Shown here one piece after another: positions 1-10,459 of a stretch of DNA of 64,000 nt. Numbering within the stretch: the stretch's first letter is position 1; each line of letters opens with the position of its first letter. The translations under genes were made by a program, and so were the position numbers. Location of the stretch: sequence record NC_019929.1; one strand, given 5' to 3'. The notes under the pieces are model-generated. The model searched no databases, had not been told where the DNA came from, and was given only the letters and a program-made list of their open reading frames with translations.

Positions 1-231
1 AAGAACCAGCTGGATCTCGAGTATCGAACGCAATCTAACGAATTGGCAATTGAGAAAGAGAGGTTATCCCTACAGAACAAGCGAGAGGAAAATGAAATCA
101 AACAACGGGCAGAAGTCCGCAAAGACCAATATGAGGCGCGTTCGATTCATCGTAAGGACGGGTCAGAGTTCTTAAAGGCAATCCCTGCGTTTATGGCGGC
201 TGGTGTCGCAGTGATAGGGATGCTAATGTAG
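1..231 (+). CDS. 3' end of a hypothetical protein (5'-truncated by window), coiled-coil-like with C-terminal hydrophobic tail
   Basis: Frame open from base 1 (KNQLDLEYRTQSNE...) to TAG at 229-231; ends AFMAAGVAVIGMLM. Confidence 0.7.
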   Translation, partial: KNQLDLEYRTQSNELAIEKERLSLQNKREENEIKQRAEVRKDQYEARSIHRKDGSEFLKAIPAFMAAGVAVIGMLM

Positions 232-243
232 GGAGGCCATGCA

Positions 244-2019
244 GTGTTTAAAGATGCGATAAGAAAGATTAAGGAAGACGGTAAGATTGTCCCCTTCAAT
301 CGTGCAATCGCGGAAGGTGTCGGCTACACGCAGGCAAAAGACGGGATACATGACCGTGTGCATCAGATTCTGCGACGTGAGTTAACTCATGACCGGATTG
401 AGAACCCACGCTTACCCGAAGGTCTGTCTGTGTTGAACGTCCGCCACATGGCTCCGTTTGAATCATTTATCTACAAACTGTCCAAGTCAGACAGCAACCG
501 TGCGGGAAGAGGGCGTACAGCGCTGTCAATCGCTGCCACGGACACGTACATGGTCATGGCTACCTTCCGTATACCGGGAGACGGTCGTCCTACGTCGCGT
601 CCAATTAGCCTGCCGTTTATACGGCGTGGCGGTCTCATGAATTACTTCGGTACCACGTATCACGTTGCGCCGGTAATTCACCAACCGGGTATCTGTCGTG
701 AACATGGCGGTATTTTCATCAACTTTGACTTCACTCGTAAAGTCTCGTTGAAGTTCTGTAAGAAACCAACGAAGATTTTGGTGAATGGCATGAAGGAGGA
801 ATTGTTCCTGCCGGGTACGTCGAACTTGTTCGTCTCGAAAAACCCGATAGGTCACGATACCGACGAAAAACCATTGATGTATTGGATGTTCGGACGTTAT
901 GGCTTTAAGGAAGCCGTTAAGCGTTACACCGGTGTTGACGTTAACATCTGGCCTGCATTCAAAGTACCCGATCTCGACTTGAATAAAGTTGCGGTAATAG
1001 GTTCGGGCGAACAACAGTACAACCGTCAGATTCAATACGTCGTAACGGTGCCTGTTGACGCATTACCGAATCTCCACAACACACGTTGGGATCAGAACGA
1101 ACACTCCCTGTTGATTGCCGTCTCTGCGTTCTTTAAAGCGGCGCACTATTACGCCAGCAAGCAGAACAGCAAAGGGGGTCGTGCTCCAACCCTTCCGGCA
1201 CTGTTTACCCAGATAAACGAATTCGCGATGGATGAAGACATTGCTAACTTGAACTCTCCGGCAATTTGGAAGGAGATTCTTGGTCGCAGTATCCTCGGCA
1301 TGAAACCATCCGACATCGAACTGGGTCGTAGCATGGGCAGCCACTTTGTGGAATGCGAACGCTATGTGAACAGTACCTTCCGTGGCGAACTGATGGCAAA
1401 CGATCCGAACATCCCTGATGACATGGATATGTTTGACTTTCTCTGGTATACCACGCAGATGATGGTACGTACTCGCCTGACCAAACAAGAAGACATCCCG
1501 TCGATGTATGGCAAGCGTTTAACGGTAACCGATTATCTGCTGCTGGGACAGCGTGGCTTTACCACAACGATCTCGAAGATACGTTGGCGTCTGGGCCAGA
1601 TGGAAAACCGTACCCCGGAATCCTGCTCGAAAGCGATTCGTGATGCGCTGAACAAAGAGATTGTGCTGAATCTGGTGTTGCGTAACATCACCGGTAACGG
1701 CGGTATCAGTTTCTTTAACGCCTCCACGGAATCAATGGTATTAGCTGTCTCGACTCACGCGATTGGCCAAACGGAAACGGATGCCAAGCGTACGAAGAAA
1801 GGCGGTAAAACGGTGAACCTGAATGACCGTACGAAGCACGCTTCTGCGTCGCATCTGGAATGTGGTAACGTCTACTATATTCCCAAGTCGGCACCATTCA
1901 AGTCCAACATCCTCAACCCGTACATGAAGACGAACCTTCACTTGGTGATGGTACGTAATCCGAAGTTGGCTCCGTACATCAAGCCAACCGAAGAAGACAT
2001 TGCAAAAATCGGCCGTTAA
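244..2019 (+). CDS. Non-virion multisubunit RNA polymerase, beta subunit N-terminal part (phiKZ gp123-like)
   Basis: 591 aa, GTG start after GGAGG; LPFIRRGGLMNYFGTTYHVAPVIHQPG resembles the rpoB-like 'P....G.f.i.G' segment; position upstream of portal matches phiKZ/SPN3US synteny. Confidence 0.75.
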   Translation: MFKDAIRKIKEDGKIVPFNRAIAEGVGYTQAKDGIHDRVHQILRRELTHDRIENPRLPEGLSVLNVRHMAPFESFIYKLSKSDSNRAGRGRTALSIAATDTYMVMATFRIPGDGRPTSRPISLPFIRRGGLMNYFGTTYHVAPVIHQPGICREHGGIFINFDFTRKVSLKFCKKPTKILVNGMKEELFLPGTSNLFVSKNPIGHDTDEKPLMYWMFGRYGFKEAVKRYTGVDVNIWPAFKVPDLDLNKVAVIGSGEQQYNRQIQYVVTVPVDALPNLHNTRWDQNEHSLLIAVSAFFKAAHYYASKQNSKGGRAPTLPALFTQINEFAMDEDIANLNSPAIWKEILGRSILGMKPSDIELGRSMGSHFVECERYVNSTFRGELMANDPNIPDDMDMFDFLWYTTQMMVRTRLTKQEDIPSMYGKRLTVTDYLLLGQRGFTTTISKIRWRLGQMENRTPESCSKAIRDALNKEIVLNLVLRNITGNGGISFFNASTESMVLAVSTHAIGQTETDAKRTKKGGKTVNLNDRTKHASASHLECGNVYYIPKSAPFKSNILNPYMKTNLHLVMVRNPKLAPYIKPTEEDIAKIGR

Positions 2020-2050
2020 CAGTTTTCCCCATTAAGGAGTATGAATTAGA

Positions 2051-3682
2051 ATGAGCATCACTATCGAAGAAGTCACTAACGTCCTGAAGCAGAACCTGTC
2101 CCGCGACAACGTGTTGGCCACGCTGAACCAGGTGATGACTGACAACGGTATGTCTCCCGATCAGGGTTTGAAGGTGGCACGCGCCGTAGGTATCTACGCA
2201 CAGGCCAAGAAGCTGAACAATCAGCAGGTTATTCAGTACATCATCGATGCGTACAAAGCCTGTGTGTATCAATCTATCGCCGCAAAAGGCAATACGTTCT
2301 CAAGCGACATCCACGGTAAGCTGATGTCGATGTGGGGTGATGTGGAGAAGATTATCCAGATCCTGCGTAACGCTAACAGCGGTGGTGGTTTAGGTGGCGG
2401 TGGAATCGGTGGGTCTGGTGGTGGCATCCGTGTCTCCGAAGGACTGACCTTGTCTGCGCCGGAAGTAGGGGTAAGTGCCCAAGCGTCTGCCGGGTTGAAA
2501 GTCGTTATGCCGCAAACCGATCTCGATTTCGGTAGCGATAATGGGCTGACTTTCGTGAACGAAGCTCCGACTCAGCAAACGCCTGTGGCCCCACAACCGG
2601 CAGTAGTCGATCCAGCAACCGCACCGCAAGCTACTATCAACTTTAATGCACCTGTTAACAACCCAATCGGTGCCGCGACTTCTAAGGGACAGAACATGAG
2701 CATGAACGATCCAGTCATTAACATTTTGCAGGAGATTGAAGTGGAAGATTACGCAGCTCACGAACTGGTAGCACCAGTCGAGAAAACCAGCGTACCAGCG
2801 AAGGAAGCGAACAGCCGCATCAAGTCTTCGCAGTATGCAGAATCGCGTGACTGGGTTAGCCCGCTGCAAAGCATCATTTCAGGTGAAGATGAAATCGTGC
2901 TGTACAAAGGGGCTGGTATTATCGTGCGTGCGCGTGACAGCTACCGTCCGTATCTGGTTGGTACCACCGAAGCCAGCGTGAATGTGATGCGTGAATTCCT
3001 GGCAACACACAACGCCGCGAAAAGCGATCTCGACGGTCTGACCGAAGTGAACGACGTAGAAAAACTGATGGATCGTGTCATGAAAACCATCAGCAAACTG
3101 CGTGGCGCTGCAAAGGCAATCCATGACTTCGCATTAGAGAAATCTGATGAGCCCGAAGTGGTGGTGTCTGAAGTTGCTCGTTTCGCCAATGCGTATCTGG
3201 CGAACCTGACCCTGCTTATCCACAACGGCATCTCGCTGGGTACTAACCACGGTACTGACGTCCCAACCGTACCGGGTATCTCGCTGGAACGTGCACCGGA
3301 CGACATCAACTGGTTTGCAAGCGACCTCTACACCCAGACTACCGGGGGTAACGGCGTAAGCGAGCACGAAGATTTCTTCCGTGACCTGTTCCTGACAGTG
3401 GCTAACTCTATCCGTAAGTTGACGCTGAAACTGGATGATAAAGGTCAGGTTGTAAATCTGGTGCAGAGCTGCATCACTGTCGTGGTACCGGGCATGTATC
3501 AATCTGTGAGCAAATATCACATGGTTGAAATGGCCTCGTTGGGTAATGCCTCTGAGCCGGTGATCGCGATTTACGAAGCACTGCAAAACGATGTACCGCA
3601 CTCGCAGGTTATCCTGCAAGTACCACAAGGTCAGTTCCTGTTGCTGAGCAACGGCGAACCAACTGCGCCGGTACGCTACTAA
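2051..3682 (+). CDS. Hypothetical jumbo-phage protein with central Gly-rich and Pro/Gln-rich linker
   Basis: 543 aa ORF, AAGGAG SD, strong codon bias, followed by terminator. Confidence 0.8.
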   Translation: MSITIEEVTNVLKQNLSRDNVLATLNQVMTDNGMSPDQGLKVARAVGIYAQAKKLNNQQVIQYIIDAYKACVYQSIAAKGNTFSSDIHGKLMSMWGDVEKIIQILRNANSGGGLGGGGIGGSGGGIRVSEGLTLSAPEVGVSAQASAGLKVVMPQTDLDFGSDNGLTFVNEAPTQQTPVAPQPAVVDPATAPQATINFNAPVNNPIGAATSKGQNMSMNDPVINILQEIEVEDYAAHELVAPVEKTSVPAKEANSRIKSSQYAESRDWVSPLQSIISGEDEIVLYKGAGIIVRARDSYRPYLVGTTEASVNVMREFLATHNAAKSDLDGLTEVNDVEKLMDRVMKTISKLRGAAKAIHDFALEKSDEPEVVVSEVARFANAYLANLTLLIHNGISLGTNHGTDVPTVPGISLERAPDDINWFASDLYTQTTGGNGVSEHEDFFRDLFLTVANSIRKLTLKLDDKGQVVNLVQSCITVVVPGMYQSVSKYHMVEMASLGNASEPVIAIYEALQNDVPHSQVILQVPQGQFLLLSNGEPTAPVRY

Positions 3683-3688
3683 CAGATA

Positions 3689-3719
3689 AGGGAACCTTCG
3701 GGTTCCCTCTTCTTTTTTT
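3689..3719 (+). terminator. Rho-independent terminator
   Basis: AGGGAACC-TTCG-GGTTCCCT then T-tract. Confidence 0.9.
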
Positions 3720-3759
3720 AAGCGCTTATTATAGAGTAGCTCTATAGTGAGGTTAGAGT

Positions 3760-4068
3760 ATGGTCAAGTTGATTGTGATAAACCTGGACTTTGATCGCAG
3801 TGTCAGATTCCGCTTTGAATTACCCGACACGAAAGCCACGGAAGCGTTCTTAGTCCACTTTCGCAAGTCAAAGACTACCATTAATCATGGGCGTCGCTGG
3901 ATTATCTATTATAACGCCCGTGAGACGCTCTTACAGGCGATTCGTGTAGGAAAGCTTACCGATGTATTGGAAAAGCTCAAAGCCTTTGAGAATGACACTC
4001 TGGCGATTGGTATCATGATTGACGAGCCAGCGAACAAACCCAAAGAGCCGACACTTGATGACGAATAA
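3760..4068 (+). CDS. Hypothetical protein
   Basis: 102 aa ORF between two terminators, GAGG SD. Confidence 0.75.
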   Translation: MVKLIVINLDFDRSVRFRFELPDTKATEAFLVHFRKSKTTINHGRRWIIYYNARETLLQAIRVGKLTDVLEKLKAFENDTLAIGIMIDEPANKPKEPTLDDE

Positions 4069-4115
4069 AAAAAGAATACCTACTCCCGAAGGAGTAGGTA
4101 CCTTTATTTTTTTTT
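4067..4115. terminator. Bidirectional intrinsic terminator
   Basis: A-tract, TACCTACTCC-CGAA-GGAGTAGGTA, T-tract; between convergent genes. Confidence 0.9.
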
Positions 4116-4118
4116 GCC

Positions 4119-6842
4119 TTAGAGCGGAATATCGTCGTCGTTTTGATCGTCGGTATTCGCGTCATCGGTATTGGCATTGTCGTCCGTGTTAGCGTTGTCA
4201 TCCAACAGGGTGTTGTTATCGCTACCGTCACCGTTGTTATCGTCATCTAACCCGGTATCCGTACCGTCACCGTCCATGTTCAGATCGTCATCACCGCCAA
4301 GACCGCCATCATCTCCACCGGTGTTGTTGTCATCGAAACCACCCGCACCCGCAGCATTCTCATCGAGGTCAGCGGCTTTCGCCAGCGTTTCGATTTTACC
4401 CGTAACACGCTTCGCCAGCTGGATAAGGGTTTTGCTTCCGGCCGCCACTTCATCCGAAATCGACTTGACGTTATCTGCACGCTTCTCATCGTCGTAGATA
4501 AGGTCAAAGAAGTCATTCTCAATCCCTTGCTTACGCAGCCAGTTACGGGCGTAGTAGGTTTTAAGCATGGTCTTCAGGTCGTCTGGTGAAATACCGATAC
4601 CTTCGTTCTGCAAGCTGTTGGACATGTCGTCCGTCACAACCAAGTCAGCCAGCTTCTCGAAGAACTCCATGCGCTTATCAAACAGATCCATTTGCGAAGA
4701 AGCCGCAGAGGTGTCCGGTGGTGGCAACGTAACTTTCATGCCATTGATAAACTTCGCCAGAATCTCAGAGGTCTGTTTGGTCAAACCGTCTGTGGTGATA
4801 CCTGGGTCTGTGGTCTTCAGGTGCTCTACAATGATTTTCAGCAACGCTGATTGCAATGCAGGGGATGCCTGAATGGAGTTGGTCACGTACCGGGTCAGTG
4901 GGGTGGATAAGATTTCCTGCTTCTTGGTAATCTGCTGAGTAACCAACAGGGACTTCGAGAAAATCTGCGAGGCGAACTCGAGGTTTTCTGGAGTCAACAC
5001 CAGGTCAGGGTCAACACCGGCGATGTGACAGGTACGACGCAGTAACGTTTCATCAAACTCCGCATCCGGGGCTTTATACTCCGGGGTGGTGTCTGACTGG
5101 GTAATTTTGTGACTCGCGTAGTAGTCATTACCGGTAACGTTAAAGGCCAAGCCTGCGTTCGAGGCCATTGACCAGATGTCGTTCATGTCCCCCCACTGCG
5201 GCATCCTGCGGTTGTAGGAGTTGATGATGTCAGACTTCGCCTGGTCAACCGTTTTCTGACCGTTCATATCGTCCGGTGACAGTTCAATGTCGAACTGCAT
5301 GTGACGTGCCGAGTTCAGAATCGCGGTGTTCATGGTGGCAAACAGCAACGCCATACGCACAGACGAGATAATGAAAGAACGCTCAGTAATCGACACACCG
5401 ATACCGTCTTCATCGAAGTCGGTCGCGAAGTAGCACAGGTTGCCCGCAGGAATGTAGATAACCTGCGTGTGACGTTTCGCCAGATGACGGGCTAACATGA
5501 TACGACCAAAGGTTTCGGTCACAGTCATGCTCAGCTCAGCCCCACCCAACGCATCACCCAGTGCTTTGGTCAGCTGGTCTTCGGCAATCTCACCGTAACG
5601 GGCAGTCAGACGGGCAGCAATGTCGGGCGTAACCCGACTGCTATTACCCATGCCGATGTTTGCACGGTTGATGATACTGTCGTTCATCCCGTCGTTGTTC
5701 AGGTAGTTCATAAAGTTCGCATCGCCATACAGCGAAGAACGCGAGTTAATGAAGTTACCCATTTCATCAACGATAGCCAGATAGCCAATCGGATTTCGGA
5801 CATCATCACCGATAACCAGTGGTAGGGTCGATTCCGCAGGCAGCAGACGTTCGATGTATTCGATTTTGTTCGGGTCAGCCATGGAGATGGTTGGGACTTC
5901 CCCGTACATCTTGACCTGTGGCGTTTCCTTATATGCTTCGTTCAAATCCCCCAGGTTGACCAAGCCCTGTTTGGCAGCTTGTTCATCACGGTCTTTAAAC
6001 GCGTCTGCATCGTACTGAGAACCACCCGACGGTGTGCTCGGCTGTTCATATGCGTACTGCTCTAACTGACCGTACAGCTGCGTACGTGCGTTCTCTTGCG
6101 CGACGCGCTCGTAGGCCAGAGGTAGCATCATGATGCGGGGGTTATCGGTCAGTGTCAGGTCGAGTTTGAAATCGCTGGAGAAGCACTTATCGCCTTTACC
6201 GAAGTCCAGTGTAAAGGTTTGGGGTTTTGGACGACGGGCTTCCCCACGGGCACGGCCCAGGATACTTTCTACCCCGACCTTTGGTGCTTTCTCAGGATTG
6301 ACATCACCGAGAATACCCAGCTGTGCTTCAAAGAAGTCCGCTTGCGATTTCTTGGTGGACTCTTGTGCCACACTCGGCTTTAAGCCAAAGAGTTCGTCAA
6401 AGCCGGTGTCTGACAGAATCATCACCGGTGAGGCACCTTTGGATTTCAGCGCATCGTACATCCACTGGTACAGTTTCTTCGGCAGGTCGCGTGCTTTGTC
6501 GTGGAACTCACGTACCGGTTCCAACATTGCCACCCGTAAATCAATCGGGATATCCGCAGTGTTGTCGTAAATCAGTGTCGTGTTAATCAAATCTTTTGTG
6601 GACAGGAGTGATGACGTCGCAATGGTGACGATTATCTCCAGTTCCGGTAACGCATCGAAAATACGCTCAGCATTTTTGACTGTGCGGATGCGCGAACTCG
6701 CTATCCCGGTGAGTTCTGACCGGGTGGGTGTTACACCGCCTTCTTCACGCTTACCACGCTCTTGCGAGGCAGAGGGGCCTGTGCTTTTACGCAAGACCGC
6801 TGAAATGGCGGGGTCGCCCGTTAATTTACTATAATCGTCCAT
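4119..6842 (-). CDS. Portal protein (phiKZ gp129/SPN3US gp81-like)
   Basis: 907 aa, opposite strand, head-to-head with a large virion gene as in phiKZ-like phages; acidic low-complexity C-tail; AQE motifs in the N-terminal third. Confidence 0.7.
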   Translation of the reverse strand: MDDYSKLTGDPAISAVLRKSTGPSASQERGKREEGGVTPTRSELTGIASSRIRTVKNAERIFDALPELEIIVTIATSSLLSTKDLINTTLIYDNTADIPIDLRVAMLEPVREFHDKARDLPKKLYQWMYDALKSKGASPVMILSDTGFDELFGLKPSVAQESTKKSQADFFEAQLGILGDVNPEKAPKVGVESILGRARGEARRPKPQTFTLDFGKGDKCFSSDFKLDLTLTDNPRIMMLPLAYERVAQENARTQLYGQLEQYAYEQPSTPSGGSQYDADAFKDRDEQAAKQGLVNLGDLNEAYKETPQVKMYGEVPTISMADPNKIEYIERLLPAESTLPLVIGDDVRNPIGYLAIVDEMGNFINSRSSLYGDANFMNYLNNDGMNDSIINRANIGMGNSSRVTPDIAARLTARYGEIAEDQLTKALGDALGGAELSMTVTETFGRIMLARHLAKRHTQVIYIPAGNLCYFATDFDEDGIGVSITERSFIISSVRMALLFATMNTAILNSARHMQFDIELSPDDMNGQKTVDQAKSDIINSYNRRMPQWGDMNDIWSMASNAGLAFNVTGNDYYASHKITQSDTTPEYKAPDAEFDETLLRRTCHIAGVDPDLVLTPENLEFASQIFSKSLLVTQQITKKQEILSTPLTRYVTNSIQASPALQSALLKIIVEHLKTTDPGITTDGLTKQTSEILAKFINGMKVTLPPPDTSAASSQMDLFDKRMEFFEKLADLVVTDDMSNSLQNEGIGISPDDLKTMLKTYYARNWLRKQGIENDFFDLIYDDEKRADNVKSISDEVAAGSKTLIQLAKRVTGKIETLAKAADLDENAAGAGGFDDNNTGGDDGGLGGDDDLNMDGDGTDTGLDDDNNGDGSDNNTLLDDNANTDDNANTDDANTDDQNDDDIPL

Positions 6843-6853
6843 TGGGGTCTCCG

Positions 6854-9043
6854 ATGCAGAGATTTAACATATTTCGAGATCAGGCCATCGCCCTCGCCAA
6901 ATCCTTGATTATCAAATCGGATTCGATTGCGAAGCAGATGAACCTGGCAATTACAGAGAGTGGCGGATACGTTTCCGATAACCGCGCAACGTGGCGTTAC
7001 TACCAGCACTTGGCCGGGCAACGTCACGCCATTGATAAACCGATTTATATCACGTCGTTAGACAGCGCTAACAACGAGCAGATAGAACTCACGACAGCGA
7101 ACCTGTCTCGTCATAAAAAGACCTCTAACGTTTACCGATCGAACCCCGAGTACATCGACCAGTTGATTCTCAACAATCTCGAATACGCGGTGTATATCCG
7201 TGGGGTGTTCTGGCCGGTGGATTTGGCCTACGCATTGCGCGTAGATGACTGTTCTATTCTGTATTACGACTCCGCGTTAGTGGAGTCCCAGGAGACGTCG
7301 TTAATTCCGTCTCTGGAAGCCCGTATCCGGGCACTGCATGTGCGGTACATGGCAGAAGGGTGGAAAGTCCATAACGATGCGTTCGTGCTGGCGTTCTATT
7401 CGATTCTGTTCCCGAACCTGCCGGGTATCATTATCTACCTGCGCGGGACAATGCAGCACACCACAGAAACGCACAGCTACTACGTCACGGAATTCCTGGC
7501 CTCTCACCAGGAGCTGCATGAGTTTATGCCGTACCTGACGCAGAAGCAGAAGTTTATTCTGTACCGCAACATCCGTTACTGGGAACGCAACTCAGGTAAA
7601 GAGGAAATCTTTAGCTGGCAGATTGACGCGCTCTTGACCGGATGGGGAATGCCTGCGGTGGGCTATAAAGTGGGTCAACAGATTCACGACCCGACCACCG
7701 GCAGTGACGATGACCTGTCACCGTTACCGATTGGCTACCAACAGTCACTCAACTACACCGAGAAAGATTCTGGGCGTGATTTAGACCTGGTTACCACCAC
7801 GGACATCATCCAGAAAGAAGTTGGGTTGGCTTATAACAACGCGGTATACGAACCGGAATACCAAACGGCGCTCGATACCCGACTGTCGTTGACCCAGTAT
7901 CCGAACCTGCCAACGAAACTCGTTGAGGTCACGGCCGTTGACCCCGAAGCTATCGAACGTTTTGAATTCATTCATAACCTCTTTAATGAATGGGTGCATT
8001 TGGTGGCCGAAGGGAAATACAACATCTACCACGAAATCCTTAACCCGACCAACGGGGATACTTTAAAACTGTCATCAAAAGAACTGCTCGCTCTGTTCTT
8101 GTATGCCAGCTATAAAGGTTACTCGGATGTTGCACTGGAAACCATCCCGGTGTTCAACGTATTTGGGGTGTTGATTAAACGCTGGGTACCGTTCACGGAA
8201 ATGGAGCAGCACCTTATCCCGAGCTGGGATAAACGCTTTGATGCCCTGATTAACTACTACACCGACACCCACACTGAGGTGATTGGCAGCGTAGGCTCTG
8301 CGGATGAACTCTACGATAACATCACGGAGATTATCACGCAGAAGCGCCGCCGGTGGCGTTACGGTAAGAACCGTCGCAAGTTAAAAGACCGTGCAGCGGG
8401 CGAGATGTTGTTTGCTTACCATTACCGCGACTACAAATGCGACCTGAAAATGTCGTATACCAGCTACGACCAGTTTTTCAAAACCTTCGGGTTTGATTAC
8501 ACACTGGTTTCAGCTGAGACGTGGCAGGATATCGCAACCGATGCGTTGAACGTTGCCACCAACATGGAAACCCGTGCGACTATCTCGCAGTCAGAGATTC
8601 AGCGGGCCATGGTACGGTTGATGACGAAGCTTTCTTCGTACACGGTTCACTTCGCTGCCCGTATGGGGTCTGATTCCTACGATGTGATGGACCCATTGTG
8701 TCCGATACTGGATGATATCCCCGCCAGTGGTGAAGGTACTGTTGATATCGTGGAGCCGTTGTTAGGCATCCAACGTGTCAGTCGTAACCAGTTCATGACC
8801 ACCGACACCGTTTTACCGGCCGCGCCGGTTATTAAATCGTTGGCAATTCCCCAACGCATCAAGCTTCGGATGAACGTTTACATGGGTATCCGTGTGAAAG
8901 TCAACCAAGAGGTGGTGGTCGATGTTAACCAACCGTCCGTGGATGTGATTCGCGTCCGGACGTCGTCTGATGAGTGGTCATTGAGCGAACGTGTGCCGCA
9001 AGGCGTGCTCGATGGTTTCCACCTCGACCAATTACCAAAGTGA
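6854..9043 (+). CDS. Large virion structural protein (phiKZ gp128-like, probable tail/baseplate)
   Basis: 729 aa from ATG 6854 (ORF-track extension to 6728 overlaps portal and is unlikely); synteny with portal. Confidence 0.65.
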   Translation: MQRFNIFRDQAIALAKSLIIKSDSIAKQMNLAITESGGYVSDNRATWRYYQHLAGQRHAIDKPIYITSLDSANNEQIELTTANLSRHKKTSNVYRSNPEYIDQLILNNLEYAVYIRGVFWPVDLAYALRVDDCSILYYDSALVESQETSLIPSLEARIRALHVRYMAEGWKVHNDAFVLAFYSILFPNLPGIIIYLRGTMQHTTETHSYYVTEFLASHQELHEFMPYLTQKQKFILYRNIRYWERNSGKEEIFSWQIDALLTGWGMPAVGYKVGQQIHDPTTGSDDDLSPLPIGYQQSLNYTEKDSGRDLDLVTTTDIIQKEVGLAYNNAVYEPEYQTALDTRLSLTQYPNLPTKLVEVTAVDPEAIERFEFIHNLFNEWVHLVAEGKYNIYHEILNPTNGDTLKLSSKELLALFLYASYKGYSDVALETIPVFNVFGVLIKRWVPFTEMEQHLIPSWDKRFDALINYYTDTHTEVIGSVGSADELYDNITEIITQKRRRWRYGKNRRKLKDRAAGEMLFAYHYRDYKCDLKMSYTSYDQFFKTFGFDYTLVSAETWQDIATDALNVATNMETRATISQSEIQRAMVRLMTKLSSYTVHFAARMGSDSYDVMDPLCPILDDIPASGEGTVDIVEPLLGIQRVSRNQFMTTDTVLPAAPVIKSLAIPQRIKLRMNVYMGIRVKVNQEVVVDVNQPSVDVIRVRTSSDEWSLSERVPQGVLDGFHLDQLPK

Positions 9044-9050
9044 GAGGCTT

Positions 9051-9572
9051 ATGGGATACCGTATTGATTTGACCAAACCCCCCAAGCAGATTCTGGTTGA
9101 CCGTTTTAACTACGTGTTCGGTCTATCCTATACTGCGGACAATTACGACTTCCACCCGGCAGGTGCTCAGCCCCTGACCAAAGAGGAAGTCCGTAAGAAA
9201 GGGGTCGAGTCTAAAGTTGCGGCGCGCTTTAAGAACGGCATTACCGGTCACCGTGAGTTTTACTTAACCCGTGCAGACTTGTCCAAGTTCCTTGTCGGGA
9301 TTGAAGTGGAAGTGCCGAAGGGTGCGGTAGAGTGGAGCCATGAACTCGCTCCCTACGTCATCGACCAGATTGGCTTAGACCTTGAGAAGTACGACATCAT
9401 GGTTGAGCCAATCACCGATGATATGGAAACGTATCAAGCTCGACTGATGCCAAATCACCTGTCTTTTAAAGGCACCATCACTATTGTATTTGTCGACCCG
9501 ACACCACGCTTGCTGGCGAACCTCGTCACGAAGCGGGCCTTGGATGGGTTCCTCTATGGAGTATTTCTATAA
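9051..9572 (+). CDS. Probable virion structural protein with anchor-like domain and C-terminal LDGF motif
   Basis: 173 aa from ATG 9051 after GAGG; YLTRADLSKF and LVTKRALDGFLY resemble the 41.6-61.3 kb paralogues. Confidence 0.65.
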   Translation: MGYRIDLTKPPKQILVDRFNYVFGLSYTADNYDFHPAGAQPLTKEEVRKKGVESKVAARFKNGITGHREFYLTRADLSKFLVGIEVEVPKGAVEWSHELAPYVIDQIGLDLEKYDIMVEPITDDMETYQARLMPNHLSFKGTITIVFVDPTPRLLANLVTKRALDGFLYGVFL

Positions 9573-10459
9573 TGGCTAACACCAAAGTTTACGATGGTAA
9601 ACTCTCGACGGTGACGTTAAACGCAATGCGTCTGGCCACTGCGCTTATCATGGGTTGTGATGTTCAGTATCCGCAGAAGTCAACGCTGAACGAATATTAC
9701 AAGCTCCAGACGGCAAAGCTGCCTGACGGCACCGAACGCCCCCACCTCCAGTACCTGTCCATCGGTAACCGTGGTCACATGGTTGACCAGTCAGATGTGG
9801 TAGCAGACGTGGTGCCGGTGGCGAAGACGCCGATTACTTCCGGGATGTTCTCCCGTGTGCCATTGGTGCTGCGTACGTTGGACAATGACCTGTCTGACGA
9901 ACAGCGCAAGCAATACGCCTTCCGTAACCGTGAAACCATCAACGGTCGCGAATACTGGGCCTATTACCTGAAACGCATTGACATGCGTGCGGTGAAAACG
10001 ACCGACCTTGATATCACCCGTGAAAACGGCGTGGAGAAAATCGAAGACTTCGTGTACACCGATACAGAGCTGAACCCGGTACCGAAAGAGCTGCCGGATT
10101 ACGATTACGACGATGACGGCACCGTGGAAATCCCGGACGGTCGTTACGTGGAATCGGGCGCTGACCTGGTGATCCCATGGACCGAATTTGACGTCCAGGA
10201 ATACATGAACGTGACCAGCATCATGCGCGGCTCCCCACGCAGTTCTATCATCTCTGAGATTGCCTTAAGCTCCGGTATTGATACCGTGGCCACCGGTAAA
10301 TCTGCAACAGGTTCAGATTTCAGCTACGATGAAGCCATCGGCGTGCAAGCGCTGTACTACATCTCGCTGTTCACTAACCTGGCACAAACCAACGATCGTC
10401 TGTCGCTGACTATCCGTGTAGGCCAGCCTGCACCGTTCTTCTTGGGGACTGCATCTTAA
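9572..10459 (+). CDS. Conserved phiKZ-like virion structural protein
   Basis: 295 aa; RTLDNDL...YAFR...YWAYYLKRID motif recalled from phiKZ-group structural proteins; TAATG coupling. Confidence 0.6.
   Translation: MANTKVYDGKLSTVTLNAMRLATALIMGCDVQYPQKSTLNEYYKLQTAKLPDGTERPHLQYLSIGNRGHMVDQSDVVADVVPVAKTPITSGMFSRVPLVLRTLDNDLSDEQRKQYAFRNRETINGREYWAYYLKRIDMRAVKTTDLDITRENGVEKIEDFVYTDTELNPVPKELPDYDYDDDGTVEIPDGRYVESGADLVIPWTEFDVQEYMNVTSIMRGSPRSSIISEIALSSGIDTVATGKSATGSDFSYDEAIGVQALYYISLFTNLAQTNDRLSLTIRVGQPAPFFLGTAS

Noticed and set aside
6728-6853. N-terminal extension of the 771-aa ORF
   Set aside because: Would overlap the portal start on the opposite strand; ATG 6854 is more plausible
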